Shown piece by piece: positions 1-9,632 of a stretch of DNA of 64,000 bases. Under the pieces are notes generated by a model. The model had not been told where the DNA came from. It searched no databases and saw nothing but the letters and a program-made list of their open reading frames with translations. Position 1 is the first letter of the stretch. Every line of letters starts with the position of its first letter. Made by a program: the position numbers and the translations under genes. Source of the DNA: Gemmatimonadota bacterium (lineage in GTDB: Bacteria; Gemmatimonadota; Gemmatimonadetes; Longimicrobiales; Gaopeijiaceae); NCBI GenBank assembly GCA_039589315.1, contig JBDHHQ010000013.1, positions 32,001-96,000 on the forward strand, written 5' to 3'.

Positions 1-1
1 G

Positions 2-1333
2 CTCATCGATCGCCCTCAGCGCCTCGGTGGCGATCCGCTTCTGGTGGAGGTCCCCGTGGCTGCCCGTGACCACGCCCACCAGCGCGGGCACTGCGCGGGC
101 GTCCCCGACCCGACCCAGCGCTCGGGCCGCCGTACGGCGCACGATCGGGTCTTCGTCGGTCAGCGCCCGCGACAGCGCGGCCACCCCGTCGCCGGAGCCG
201 TGGGCCTCCAGCACGCTCACCGCGGCCAGCCGCACCTCGGGCTCGGGCCGATCCATGATCGCCACCCAGTCGGCGGGCGTCCGCGGCGGACTGGCCCACA
301 CCCGCACCGTGCCCACGGGCACGCTCACGGCCACCAGGAAGGCCACCGAGAGGAACACATGGGCGGGGGCGGCAGGACGGCGGTCCAACCCCGGGTCCAG
401 GACGCCGTCGATCCGCGTACTCAGGATGGACGAGCGGGCCAGTGCCATGGCGCCGCGAGCCACCCGGGCGCCAGCGAGAACCCGGGCGAGCTGTAGCAGC
501 AGCCTCGCGTAGTCCGCCGACGTCGCGCCCAGGCGGAGCGCCGTATCGTCGCAGGCCCGCTCACGCTCCATGCGTGCCCGGGAAATGGCCAGCCACGCCA
601 GCGGGTTCGGCCAATACAAGGCCCGGGCCAGCTCGGACAACAGGTGCTTCGGGTAGTCCCAACGCTGGACGTGGGCCAACTCGTGCAGGAGCACGGCGTC
701 GAGCTGGCTCCGGCTCCAGTCTCGGGCGTCCCTCGGCAATAAGACCACTGGGCGCCAGATCCCCCACGTGACCGGTATGCGCATCTCGTCGCTGACCACG
801 ACGCGGACCTGGCGCGTCACGCCCTGACGGCGGGCCATGACCGTGGCGCGTCTCGTCAGCTCCCGGCAGGTAACTCCCGCCGTGGCGCGGGCCGTGATTC
901 GGAGGATCCGTCCCCAGTCCAGAGACAATCGTGCCACGAGCAGCAAAGCGCCCAGGGCCCAGACGGCGAGCAGGACCTGAGCGGGCCCGGCCAGCCCCCG
1001 CACGGCTTCGCCACCGGAGGGACTCGCCACGACGCTGGTCGTCGGAGCAATCGCCGGGGCCGTCGTCGCCAGGGCCCGAGGCACTCCCAGGGCGACGAGC
1101 GAGCTGTCCACCCACCCCAGGTTCGTGCCCGGTGCCACCAGCGGGATCACGGGCAACGCCAGGAGAGCCGCCAGACCTGCGGTCCACACCGCGCAGCGGG
1201 TCGCGGCCGTCCCCCCGCGGCAGACGCGGGCGAGCATCCACGCCGCGGCCAACAGCAGGGAGCCCTTCACGAGAAGGATGACGCCGATCTCGGCTGCCCA
1301 ACCGGGCAGCAACGCAGGCTGGAGAATCTCCAT
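2..1333 (-). CDS. M56 family (BlaR1/MecR1-like) metallopeptidase with C-terminal HEAT-like repeats; runs off window start
   Basis: Read by hand (absent from ORF track because it has no stop in the window). ATG at 1333 gives MEILQPALLPGWAAEIGVILLVKGSLLL; in-frame LLHELAHVQRWD, LYWPNPLAW, ERERACDD; then ALTDEDPIVRRTAARALGRVGDARAVPAL. Directly downstream of blaI-like gene. Confidence 0.9.
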   Translation of the reverse strand, partial: MEILQPALLPGWAAEIGVILLVKGSLLLAAAWMLARVCRGGTAATRCAVWTAGLAALLALPVIPLVAPGTNLGWVDSSLVALGVPRALATTAPAIAPTTSVVASPSGGEAVRGLAGPAQVLLAVWALGALLLVARLSLDWGRILRITARATAGVTCRELTRRATVMARRQGVTRQVRVVVSDEMRIPVTWGIWRPVVLLPRDARDWSRSQLDAVLLHELAHVQRWDYPKHLLSELARALYWPNPLAWLAISRARMERERACDDTALRLGATSADYARLLLQLARVLAGARVARGAMALARSSILSTRIDGVLDPGLDRRPAAPAHVFLSVAFLVAVSVPVGTVRVWASPPRTPADWVAIMDRPEPEVRLAAVSVLEAHGSGDGVAALSRALTDEDPIVRRTAARALGRVGDARAVPALVGVVTGSHGDLHQKRIATEALRAIDE

Positions 1334-1348
1334 GATGAGCGCCGAGGC

Positions 1349-1747
1349 CTACGCCTTCTCCCGGGTGGCGTCCTCGATCCTCGAGGCGATCTCCTCCAAC
1401 TCCTCGGGAGACAGCCTCTCGGAGGACATGTCCAGAAGGGCCAGAATGGCGCTGGAAGGAGAGCCCTGGAAGAACGTCCGCATGACGTGGGACAGGGCGA
1501 AGCGGGTCGCCCGGTCCCTGGAGACGGTGGGCTGGTAGACGTGGCGCTTTCCTTCGCGGCGGTGCCGCAGGAAGCCCTTCTTCTCGAGGATGCCGAGGAT
1601 CACGCGGATGGAGTCGTATCCGTCCTGGTCGTCGAGATGGCGGGCCACGTCGGCCGCGCCGGCCTCTCCGAGACGGTATACCGCGTCCATGATCTCACGC
1701 TCGCGTCGACTGAAGCTACCGTAGAACTGGTGGAGGGACTCTTCCAT
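1349..1747 (-). CDS. BlaI/MecI/CopY family transcriptional repressor
   Basis: SRREREIMDAVYRLG...ILEKKGFLRHRREGKRHVYQP...FFQGS pattern; adjacent to M56 peptidase. Confidence 0.93.
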   Translation of the reverse strand: MEESLHQFYGSFSRREREIMDAVYRLGEAGAADVARHLDDQDGYDSIRVILGILEKKGFLRHRREGKRHVYQPTVSRDRATRFALSHVMRTFFQGSPSSAILALLDMSSERLSPEELEEIASRIEDATREKA

Positions 1748-1769
1748 GTGGCGTCAGTGGGACAGGTGT

Positions 1770-1825
1770 GAAAAAAACTTTTCTATACGTACCCATGTAT
1801 ACGCCGCGCGCACCAGCCACGTCAA
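1770..1825 (-). promoter_or_regulatory. Putative promoter/operator of the blaI-M56 operon
   Basis: AT-rich patch with inverted repeats GAAAA-N4-TTTTC (1770-1783) and TATAC-N8-GTATA (1784-1801); TTGACG on minus strand at 1825-1820. Confidence 0.4.
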
Positions 1826-2149
1826 GTGTACGGTCCCGGCCGCCGGTTCTTTCGGTCGGGTGCCCGCATCCTCCGGCACCACTCCGTCTGACCCGGCCCG
1901 TCGCGAGCGCCTCGTCGAAGCGATCCCTCTCAGAATCTCTAGCGCAGGGCGACGGCCACCGTCGTGCGTGGTCCAACGCGTATCCGGACAGTCGGGTTCC
2001 ATTGCCAGCCGCGCCGCAGCGTGTCGCCCCCGGCCTGTACGACCGTGTTCCTCCCCGCAAGGTGCGTCACCGCGTCGACCCGGGGCCCGGGTCGAGCCCG
2101 GCTGACGGCGGCGGAAGCTCTCCGCCAGCGGCGTCCGGCCGGAGCTTCT

Positions 2150-3718
2150 TCAGCTGACGTCGCCGGGAAGCTCCTGAGCGAGGAAGGCGAGCATGACACG
2201 GACGCCCTCGACGAAGCTCCCCACCCGCAGGTTCTCGTTCGGGCTGTGCTGGTTGTTGTCGCCGTTCACGGTGGGGACGCCCACGGCGGGAATGCCCAGC
2301 GTCTGCACGAAGGGCGCGATCGGCACCGAGCCACCGGAAGTCCGGATCAGAATGGGCTCGCGTCCGTAGAGGTGCCGCATGCTGGCCCTCAGCCACCGAC
2401 CGGGCTCGGCGTCGAAGTCCGTCCGGTAGGCCAGGTACGATACGCCCCACGTGAACGTCGCGATCCTCGGATGGGTCCGACGCTCGTCCTCCGTGGGCAC
2501 TCGATCGATTACGTAGTAGCCGAGCTCCTCGATGTGACCCTTGATCAAACCCATGAGACGCTCGGGGTCGCTTTCCACGACCAGGCGCACGTCGACCTCG
2601 GCCACGGCCGTGGCCGGCACGATCGTGCGGGCCTCCTCACCCACCCAACCCGACCGAAGGCCGCGGACGTTGAGCGACGGGTATTGAACGGCCTCCTGCA
2701 GGCTGCCGGCCACCTGATCGGGCCGAGCGATCCCCAGCCGGTCGTGGATCTCGTCCTCGTCGTCCGGCACCGCGTCCAGGATCTGGCGGGTCTCGGCGTC
2801 GAGCTCGACGCCATCGTAGAAGCCCGGGATCGTCACCCGTCCGTCTTCGTCCTTCATGGACGCCAGTATCGCGGCGAGGCGGATCGCCGGGTTCGGTGCG
2901 TAGTTGCCGTAGTGGCCGCTGTGCTGCGGCACCCGGGGACCGTAGGTGGTGAGCGTGAAGCGGGAGATGCCCCGGTTGCCGAACTTGAGCGTGGGCCGGT
3001 TGGACACGTGCGGAGGGCCGTCGAGGATGATCAGCATGTCGGCGGCAAGACGGTGCCGGTACCGGGTGACGGCGTCCGGGAGGTTCGGTGAGCCCATCTC
3101 CTCTTCGGTGTCGACGATGACCTTCAGGTTGACGTCGGGCACGACGCCCCCGGCGTCCATGGCGTCCAACGCCGTGAGGAACTGGACGATCGGTCCCTTG
3201 GAGTCCGAGGCGGACCGGGCGAAGACCCTCCAGTCCGGATCCCAGTCGCCATGAAGTCGCTCCCAGGGAATCATGCGCCAGTCACCGTCGGGGCCGCGCT
3301 CCTTGAGGACGGGCTCGTACGGACTGTCCTGAAACCACTCCGCAGGGTCCACCGGCTGACCGTCGGACTGCAGATACACGAGCACCGTCCGCTCGGCGCC
3401 GGGGAAGTGACGCTCCGCGAGGAGCAGCGGGCTGCCCGGGGTCGGCAGACGCTCTGTCTCGAAGCCCCGGTCGTCGAAGGCCCCCTCCAGCCAGCCCACG
3501 ATCCGAAGCATGTCCTCCGTCACGTGGGCGTCGTTGGCAAGGCTGAGCAGCTCGTGGTAGTTGGCGAACGCCCTCTGGGTCTGGGCCGCGACCAGCTCGT
3601 CGATCTCCGGGACGGTCAGCTGCTGTGCGGCGAGTGGTGCCGCGAGCGATGCCGCGAGAGCGGCCCCGCCGATGGTGGCCGCCCGCGTCGCCACCCAACG
3701 AGTCCTTCGAACGTCCAT
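2150..3718 (-). CDS. Secreted M20/M25/M40 family metallopeptidase/deacetylase
   Basis: Signal peptide; ARSASDSKGP, DTEEEMGSP, HSGHYGN, NNQHSPNENLR motifs. Confidence 0.9.
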   Translation of the reverse strand: MDVRRTRWVATRAATIGGAALAASLAAPLAAQQLTVPEIDELVAAQTQRAFANYHELLSLANDAHVTEDMLRIVGWLEGAFDDRGFETERLPTPGSPLLLAERHFPGAERTVLVYLQSDGQPVDPAEWFQDSPYEPVLKERGPDGDWRMIPWERLHGDWDPDWRVFARSASDSKGPIVQFLTALDAMDAGGVVPDVNLKVIVDTEEEMGSPNLPDAVTRYRHRLAADMLIILDGPPHVSNRPTLKFGNRGISRFTLTTYGPRVPQHSGHYGNYAPNPAIRLAAILASMKDEDGRVTIPGFYDGVELDAETRQILDAVPDDEDEIHDRLGIARPDQVAGSLQEAVQYPSLNVRGLRSGWVGEEARTIVPATAVAEVDVRLVVESDPERLMGLIKGHIEELGYYVIDRVPTEDERRTHPRIATFTWGVSYLAYRTDFDAEPGRWLRASMRHLYGREPILIRTSGGSVPIAPFVQTLGIPAVGVPTVNGDNNQHSPNENLRVGSFVEGVRVMLAFLAQELPGDVS

Positions 3719-4362
3719 CAGAGCACGAAGGACAGGCCTGCGGAGATCTCGCCCTGTGTGGAGGTCTCACCGATCCACGTGGAGACGCCGGCGCCACCCG
3801 TGCCCAGGTAGAACCCCGTCCCGCCGGAGAGCGCGCTGACCCACGCACGGGCCTGGGCCCGAAAAGCCACGCGCTCCGAGAAGTACGCCTTCAGGCCGCC
3901 CCCGAACGAGAAGGAGAAGAACCAGTCGCTTCCTATGCCGTCGGCCCTGGGATTCGCTTGCGTGGCTCCCAGCGTGATCACGGCAAACGGCTTCACGTTA
4001 CCGGCGTTGATGGCCTCGTAGAGGCCACCGATGTGGTAGTACCAATTGGTGTGAGGGATCTCGCGGGTCTCCGTGCTCCCCACCTCGTTGAAGCGGAGGG
4101 TGGTGGGCTGGGCGTACACCACCGCCTCCACCCAGGCGCCCCTCCGGACCTCGAAATCGGCGAGGATCCCATAGGCGGCAGAGCCGGCGAACTTGATGTC
4201 ACCCCGCGTCTCGCCGCGGCGCACCTGCCCACCCCCGCCCCACTGGTACCCGACGATGGGACTGAGCTCGATGGCCCCCCGCCCGCCGCGCCGTTGTGCC
4301 TCGCCATCCTGCGGTAGCATGAGCCCCAACGCCGCCACGACCAACCACATGCGAACCCCCAC
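3718..4362 (-). CDS. Outer-membrane beta-barrel protein
   Basis: GTG at 4362 after GGAGG RBS; signal peptide; alternating aromatic beta strands; C-terminal ISAGLSFVL. Confidence 0.75.
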   Translation of the reverse strand: MGVRMWLVVAALGLMLPQDGEAQRRGGRGAIELSPIVGYQWGGGGQVRRGETRGDIKFAGSAAYGILADFEVRRGAWVEAVVYAQPTTLRFNEVGSTETREIPHTNWYYHIGGLYEAINAGNVKPFAVITLGATQANPRADGIGSDWFFSFSFGGGLKAYFSERVAFRAQARAWVSALSGGTGFYLGTGGAGVSTWIGETSTQGEISAGLSFVL

Positions 4363-4613
4363 GGGCCCCTCCTCTCGTTTCGACCATCTATGCGTGCGCG
4401 CTTGCCTGCAAAAGACTGCCACTCCCACGCCGGAGCCGACTGCTGCAGCCGATGACGGCACGCTGCAACAGAGGCCTCCGGCGCTCGGAGCGGCGCCTAA
4501 GGATACCCAGGACGGCGGCGCCCGGCTACGGCCTTTCACCCGATGGCGTTCGGCCCTATCTATAGGCCAGCCGGCAAGGCGCGACCTGGAACCCCCCGTG
4601 GCCGAGAGCGAGC

Positions 4614-6329
4614 ATGGACGAGGTCGGAGCTCCCCCCAAGGAACCCACCACGAGTCCACCGTCCGACCTGACCCCGGAAGTCGTCCGGCAGCGAGCCGCG
4701 TCCCTGCAGCGCGTCGTCCGGGGCTACGACCCAGAGGTCGTCCAATCCCTTCTGGACTCCGCCGCGAATCACCTGGAGCAGGTCCAGGCTCAGAACACCT
4801 CCCTCGAGAGCCGCGTCAACGAGCTGGCCAAGAAGGTCTTCTTCCATGAAGGCCGGGCGTGGGCCGTCCAGGAGGCGCTGGTCGCGGCCCAGGCGCTCCG
4901 GGCGGAGACGCAGAGCGAGGCCGCGGAGGAAGCCGCACGGCTCCGGGTGCAGGCCTCCCGCGAGGCGGAGGCGCTACTGCGCGCAGCCCGCGAGGAAGTG
5001 GCCCGCCTCGACGAAGATGCCCGTCAGATGCGGCAGGGGCTCAACGGCATCAGGAAGAAGCTGGCCAAGGAGATCGATGATCGGCGCGTCCGCCTCACGG
5101 CCGAGACCGAGGCGACGCTGACCGAGGCGCGACAAGCGGCCAGCGCCCTCCGCGCAACGGCCGAGCTGGAGGCCCAGAAGGCCCGGCAGGAGGCCGAGGC
5201 GTTCGCGCGAAAGAACCGCAACTCGGCCGCCGAAGAGGCCGCCCGCGTGAAGGATCAGGCCACGGCCGAGGCCGAGGACATCCTCTCACGAACCGAGGCG
5301 TGGGCCAGGGAGGAGCGTCGGAGCACGGCTTCCTCCGTCGAAGCGCTCCTGGAAGAGGCGCTTCAGGAGTCGCGGCGTACGCGCGACGAGGCCGTCAAGG
5401 TCTCGAAGGCGCTCAGAGAGCGGGCCAAGCGCGACGCTCGAAAAACGCGCGAGAGAGCTCGCGAAGAGCTCGAGCGGGCCGAGACGGAAGCCCGCCAGCT
5501 TCGCGACGAGGCACGCGCAACCGCCGAGAGGTCGGAGACCGAAGCGCGTTCGGCTCACGACGAGGCCCAGGCAGCCATCGAGCAGGCGCGCAAGGACGCC
5601 CGCCTGATTCGCGACGAGGTCAAGCAGGAGGTGGAGACCCTGCGGGAGCGATCCACCACCGAGGCCGACTCCCTGCGGGCCCTGGCAGAAGCGGACGCTG
5701 CCCGGATCCGGCAGACCGCCGAGGAGGAGGCCCGGGCGCACGCAGAGGCGGCGCGCATCGAGCTGGAGCGCATGAGCAGCAAGCTCCGCATCCAGATCGA
5801 CGAGCGCCACAGGATCCTGGAGCGCCTCGACGAGAGGCGGAGCCGGATTCTCAACAATCTCCACACCGTCCTGCTCCGGGAGCTGGAGCATATCGAGGAG
5901 GAGAGGGCGCGCGTCGTCGCGGCGGAAGGCCCAGCGGACCCGGATTCCAATCCGGAATCTCCGGATCCGGTGGTGATCGGGACTGCCCTGGCCGAGGTGG
6001 GCACGCCCGCTGCGCCCGAGGCCGACCTGCCTCCCCGCCCGGCCGCCCGCGTGAGGATGGGTTGGTCGACGGTGATCAACCCGGAGACCGGAGAGGTGGT
6101 CACCGACGCGGACGCCTTGCCTCTCGTCGGGGGGCACACCGAAGCCTCGGGAGCCCTCACCGACGCGCCCGGCCCTCTGGACGGAGCCGCCGAGCTCGCC
6201 GCGCAAGGGGACGACGCAGGCGCCGCGGCGGAGGAGCCCGCGCCGCCTGCAGGGCCCGAGGCCGAGGTGGACGCTACCGCTGCGGACGGATCCGGGAGCG
6301 GGCAGCGCCCCGAGGACGCGATCCAGTAG
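4614..6329 (+). CDS. DivIVA-domain long coiled-coil protein
   Basis: N-terminal LTPEVVRQ...VRGYDPEVVQSLLD DivIVA signature, long Ala/Glu/Arg coiled coil, acidic Pro-rich tail. Confidence 0.8.
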   Translation: MDEVGAPPKEPTTSPPSDLTPEVVRQRAASLQRVVRGYDPEVVQSLLDSAANHLEQVQAQNTSLESRVNELAKKVFFHEGRAWAVQEALVAAQALRAETQSEAAEEAARLRVQASREAEALLRAAREEVARLDEDARQMRQGLNGIRKKLAKEIDDRRVRLTAETEATLTEARQAASALRATAELEAQKARQEAEAFARKNRNSAAEEAARVKDQATAEAEDILSRTEAWAREERRSTASSVEALLEEALQESRRTRDEAVKVSKALRERAKRDARKTRERAREELERAETEARQLRDEARATAERSETEARSAHDEAQAAIEQARKDARLIRDEVKQEVETLRERSTTEADSLRALAEADAARIRQTAEEEARAHAEAARIELERMSSKLRIQIDERHRILERLDERRSRILNNLHTVLLRELEHIEEERARVVAAEGPADPDSNPESPDPVVIGTALAEVGTPAAPEADLPPRPAARVRMGWSTVINPETGEVVTDADALPLVGGHTEASGALTDAPGPLDGAAELAAQGDDAGAAAEEPAPPAGPEAEVDATAADGSGSGQRPEDAIQ

Positions 6330-6365
6330 CGGCGCCGCCGCCGGCGAGCGCCTTTCCCGGCTTCG

Positions 6366-7604
6366 TTACGGCCAGATGCCCCTGTCCAACGCCACCCGGG
6401 CTACGCGCACCACGGCCAGGACGTACGCAGCCGTGCGCAGATCCACGGATTGCAGGGGGGGGCCACCGTCCCTGCCGTACTGCCGTCGCCTGGACTCGAT
6501 TTCGCCGAGGCCCCCATTGATCTCCAGCTGCTTGTCCAACACGCCATCGGTGGCCCGAACCATCTTCCTGTGGAGCTTGGCGTTGACCTCGTCCTCGTCC
6601 CACTGCTCGTTCTCGTTGTTCTGCACCCACTCGAAGTAGCTGACCGTCACGCCACCAGCGTTCGCCAGGATGTCCGGGAGCACCGGGACGCCACGTTCAA
6701 GGAGGATGCGGTCCGCCTCGGGCGTCGTGGGCCCGTTGGCGAGCTCGAGCACGAGTCGAGCCTGGACGTCAGGCGCGTTGTCGCCCCGGATCTGGTTCTC
6801 CAGCGCCGCCGGGACGAGGATGTCACACGGGAGCGCCAGCAGCTCCTCGTTGGTCACGGTCTCGCAACCCTCGAGGCCCACGACCGAGCCGGTCTCGGCT
6901 TTGTGGGCGATGGCGGCCGCCGGGTCCAGTCCGTCGGGGCAGTGGATCCCGCCACGGGAATCGCTGACGGCGATGATCTTGGCTCCTTCCGCGTGGAAGA
7001 GCTCGGCGCCGATCGACACCCGGCAGGATGCCCCGCTCGATGGCCCGCTGGGTCACGAACAGGCCGCCTCGAGACGTGGCCTCGCGCCGTCCCAGGGACC
7101 CTCCGATGTGCACGGGCTTCCCGGTGACCACACCCAGGTTGTTCTTCCCCCTGTGCATCATCTCGTACGTGTCGTAGATGAGCGCCATGGTGGACGCGTT
7201 CGTGTTCACGTCCGGCGCCGGGATGTCCGTGTAGGGGCCGATCTCATCGCCGAGCTCCGCGATGTATCGCCGCGTCAGCTTCTTGATGTCCTTCTTGCTG
7301 AGTCTTTTGGGGTTGCACACCACGCCACCCTTCGCGCCGCCGAACGGCACGTCCACGACTGCCGTCTTCCACGTCATCCAGCACGCCAGCGCCCGCACCT
7401 CGTCCGCCGTGACGTCCGGGTGGTACCGAATCCCACCCTTGCCGGGACCGCGGATCCTGTTGTGCACCGCCCGGTAGCCGACGAAGTTGCGGACCTCGCC
7501 GGAGCTGGTCTCGATGGGGAACTCCACGATGACCACCCGGTCCGCTGCTGTGCGATCAGGAAGGGGTTGAGCTCTTCCGTTTGGGTCTGCGTCTCTAGAG
7601 TCAT
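6366..7604 (-). pseudogene. gdhA: Glu/Leu/Phe/Val (glutamate) dehydrogenase with two frameshifting internal deletions
   Basis: Three frames give consecutive GDH segments: MTLETQ..NPFLIAQQ; DRVVIVEFP..GPGKGGIRYHP..GGAKGG..PAPDVNT..TGKP..GGSLGR; SIGAELF..ELANGPTT..PDILANAGGVTVSYFEWVQN. Breaks at ~7543 and ~7015; the QGFGNVG Rossmann motif is absent. Confidence 0.88.
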
Positions 7605-7627
7605 CAGCGCTCTTCAGTTGAGCCCGG

Positions 7628-8992
7628 TCATCGCGGGTTCAGCCACATGATTCTCGGATCGGCGAGCTCCTCCGGCGGAGGCAGCTCACCGTCCACGAAG
7701 CGATTCCACTGGCTATTGGCGACGTAGTAGAAGCGGTCGCCCACCATGAGCCCCAGTGTCGGCTCGTCCCAATCGGGAAGGTTGGCGGCCAGGACCCGAA
7801 CCTCGGTGATCTCACGCCCGTCTCCGGACAGCTCCAGCCTCAGAATGCGGTGGGGCATGGTGCCGTTCTGGACCGCGATCAGCGCGTCGCCGTCGCGCAC
7901 CAGGCCGTCGATCCCGAGGAGGGTCTGGTTTTCGGGGTGTGACAGTCTCACGGCCTCCCGCGTCGCTCGGCGGACGTAGTAGACGCCTTTGGAATAGTCC
8001 GCAACGTAGAGACCCCGCTGATCGGAAGAAAGTGCCAGTCCCTGGGGCGATTGGAAGACGCCGGGCTGGACGAATGTCTCCAGGAAGTCGCCGCCGGCAC
8101 GGATGCGGTGGACCCCCGACCCCCGAGCGTCGGATACGTAGACCTCTCCGTCCGACGCCACGGCCAGATCCCCGACCACCCTGCGCTGCTCGCTGTTGGA
8201 GAAGTGGTAGTGGAGAAGGAGTTGGCCCGACTCCAGGTCGAACTTGAACACCGCGGAGCGGCCCAGATTATCCTCACGGAGCCCACCTGTCTCGGCCACA
8301 CCGGCCGTGCACACCCACAGCACACCCTCGTCCGGATCCACCTGCATGCCCATGACGCTCATGAGCCCCGCGAAGGCCGCGGGCGCGAACTCCGACACCA
8401 CGCCGTCCGCCGACACCCGTACGATCCGGCGCTCGTGGACGCTGCCCACGTAGAACGACCCGTCCCGTGGATCGTACGCAATTCCCTCGGGGACGAACGT
8501 GGGCGCACTGGCGATGGTGAATGCCGTCGTAGAGGTCCCCCTCGCCCTGCGGTTCTCGCGGAGCTTCTCGAGTACGGCCAGGAAGGCCGGGTCTTCGGTC
8601 AGCACGTCGAAGTCGGGATCCGCGTCTGCCCGAAGCCCGAGACCCATGTTCGCCACGCGCTCCAGTGACTCGACAGCGCCCCTGGTGTCCCCGGTAAGAG
8701 TCTGACCGACGGCGATGTAGTAGATGAGCTCGGGGTGGCCCGGACGCAGCTTCTCGGCCTCACGCAACTGGTCCAGGAAAGTGGTCGGATCGCCGTCTTC
8801 GCGAGCCTGGAAGGCCTCCTGGACGTGTTCGCCGGCCCGCGCCATCTGTTCGCGGGACTGGGCCTCGGCCGATGAGCACAGGGCGGCCGTGACCGTCAGA
8901 ATCGGGATCGGCCATCCGGTGAGCTGGAGTCTTCGGGTGATCGGCCCGCCCGTGTTGCGGTGGTCTCGATCCAGCGTGAAGAACGACTTCAT
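7628..8992 (-). CDS. Secreted SMP-30/gluconolactonase-like beta-propeller protein with N-terminal TPR-like region
   Basis: ATG 8992 after GGAGG; PEGIAYDP..FYVGS, SPQGLALS, GIDGL propeller blades. Confidence 0.75.
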   Translation of the reverse strand: MKSFFTLDRDHRNTGGPITRRLQLTGWPIPILTVTAALCSSAEAQSREQMARAGEHVQEAFQAREDGDPTTFLDQLREAEKLRPGHPELIYYIAVGQTLTGDTRGAVESLERVANMGLGLRADADPDFDVLTEDPAFLAVLEKLRENRRARGTSTTAFTIASAPTFVPEGIAYDPRDGSFYVGSVHERRIVRVSADGVVSEFAPAAFAGLMSVMGMQVDPDEGVLWVCTAGVAETGGLREDNLGRSAVFKFDLESGQLLLHYHFSNSEQRRVVGDLAVASDGEVYVSDARGSGVHRIRAGGDFLETFVQPGVFQSPQGLALSSDQRGLYVADYSKGVYYVRRATREAVRLSHPENQTLLGIDGLVRDGDALIAVQNGTMPHRILRLELSGDGREITEVRVLAANLPDWDEPTLGLMVGDRFYYVANSQWNRFVDGELPPPEELADPRIMWLNPR

Positions 8993-9158
8993 GATCCCCC
9001 CCTCCTCCCCCGTCGACGACCGTGAGCGGTCCAAGATGGAGTCACCGCGGTCCGGGCATCAAGGGGCCGGCCGCCGGTAAGCGCCCCACGCCCGGGCGCG
9101 TACGTTGAGCTGCAGTCCCCCCACGGCGTGAGCTCCTGGGGAAGCGGAGGAGGCGAGG

Positions 9159-9566
9159 ATGATCAGGGAGCAGGGGGTTTCGATCGCAGCAGCTTGGGCC
9201 CTCGCGGTCACGGTGGGCCTCTCGGCGTGTGCAACCGCACCCCGCGACGCCACTAGCCGGGACCGCGTCATCACACGCTCCGAGCTGAGTGCCGCGGGTG
9301 AGAGCACGCTCTACGACGTCATCGGCCGGGTGCGGCCCACCTGGTTCGGACCGGGAGGGACCGACGACGGTGGTGACGACTCTTCGATGCCCACGGTCTA
9401 CATGAACCGACTGCCCCTCGGGGGAGCGGGAACGCTCGCCTCCGTGCGGGCCCGGGACGTGGTCGAGGTGCGGCTCATTCCCCCCGCCTTGGCCAGGGAT
9501 CGGTACGGCACCGACAACCCGGCAGGCGTCATCGAGCTCGTGACCACCGACGTGGGCGCCTACTAG
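9159..9566 (+). CDS. Lipoprotein consisting of a stand-alone TonB-dependent-receptor plug-like domain
   Basis: Lipobox LSAC; VITRSEL..TLYDVI..RP..PTVYMN..DVVEVR..RYGT..GVIELVT; no barrel domain. Confidence 0.7.
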   Translation: MIREQGVSIAAAWALAVTVGLSACATAPRDATSRDRVITRSELSAAGESTLYDVIGRVRPTWFGPGGTDDGGDDSSMPTVYMNRLPLGGAGTLASVRARDVVEVRLIPPALARDRYGTDNPAGVIELVTTDVGAY

Positions 9567-9632
9567 TGTGGTGACTGCAAAGGCCTGGTAGCCACCGTCT
9601 CGGCGGGCCGCCGATCCCACAGAGGGCCCACC

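Noticed and set aside
6366..7604. Programmed ribosomal frameshifting in gdhA
   Set aside because: No slippery sequence at the junctions and conserved coding segments are physically missing, so frameshifting could not restore the enzyme.
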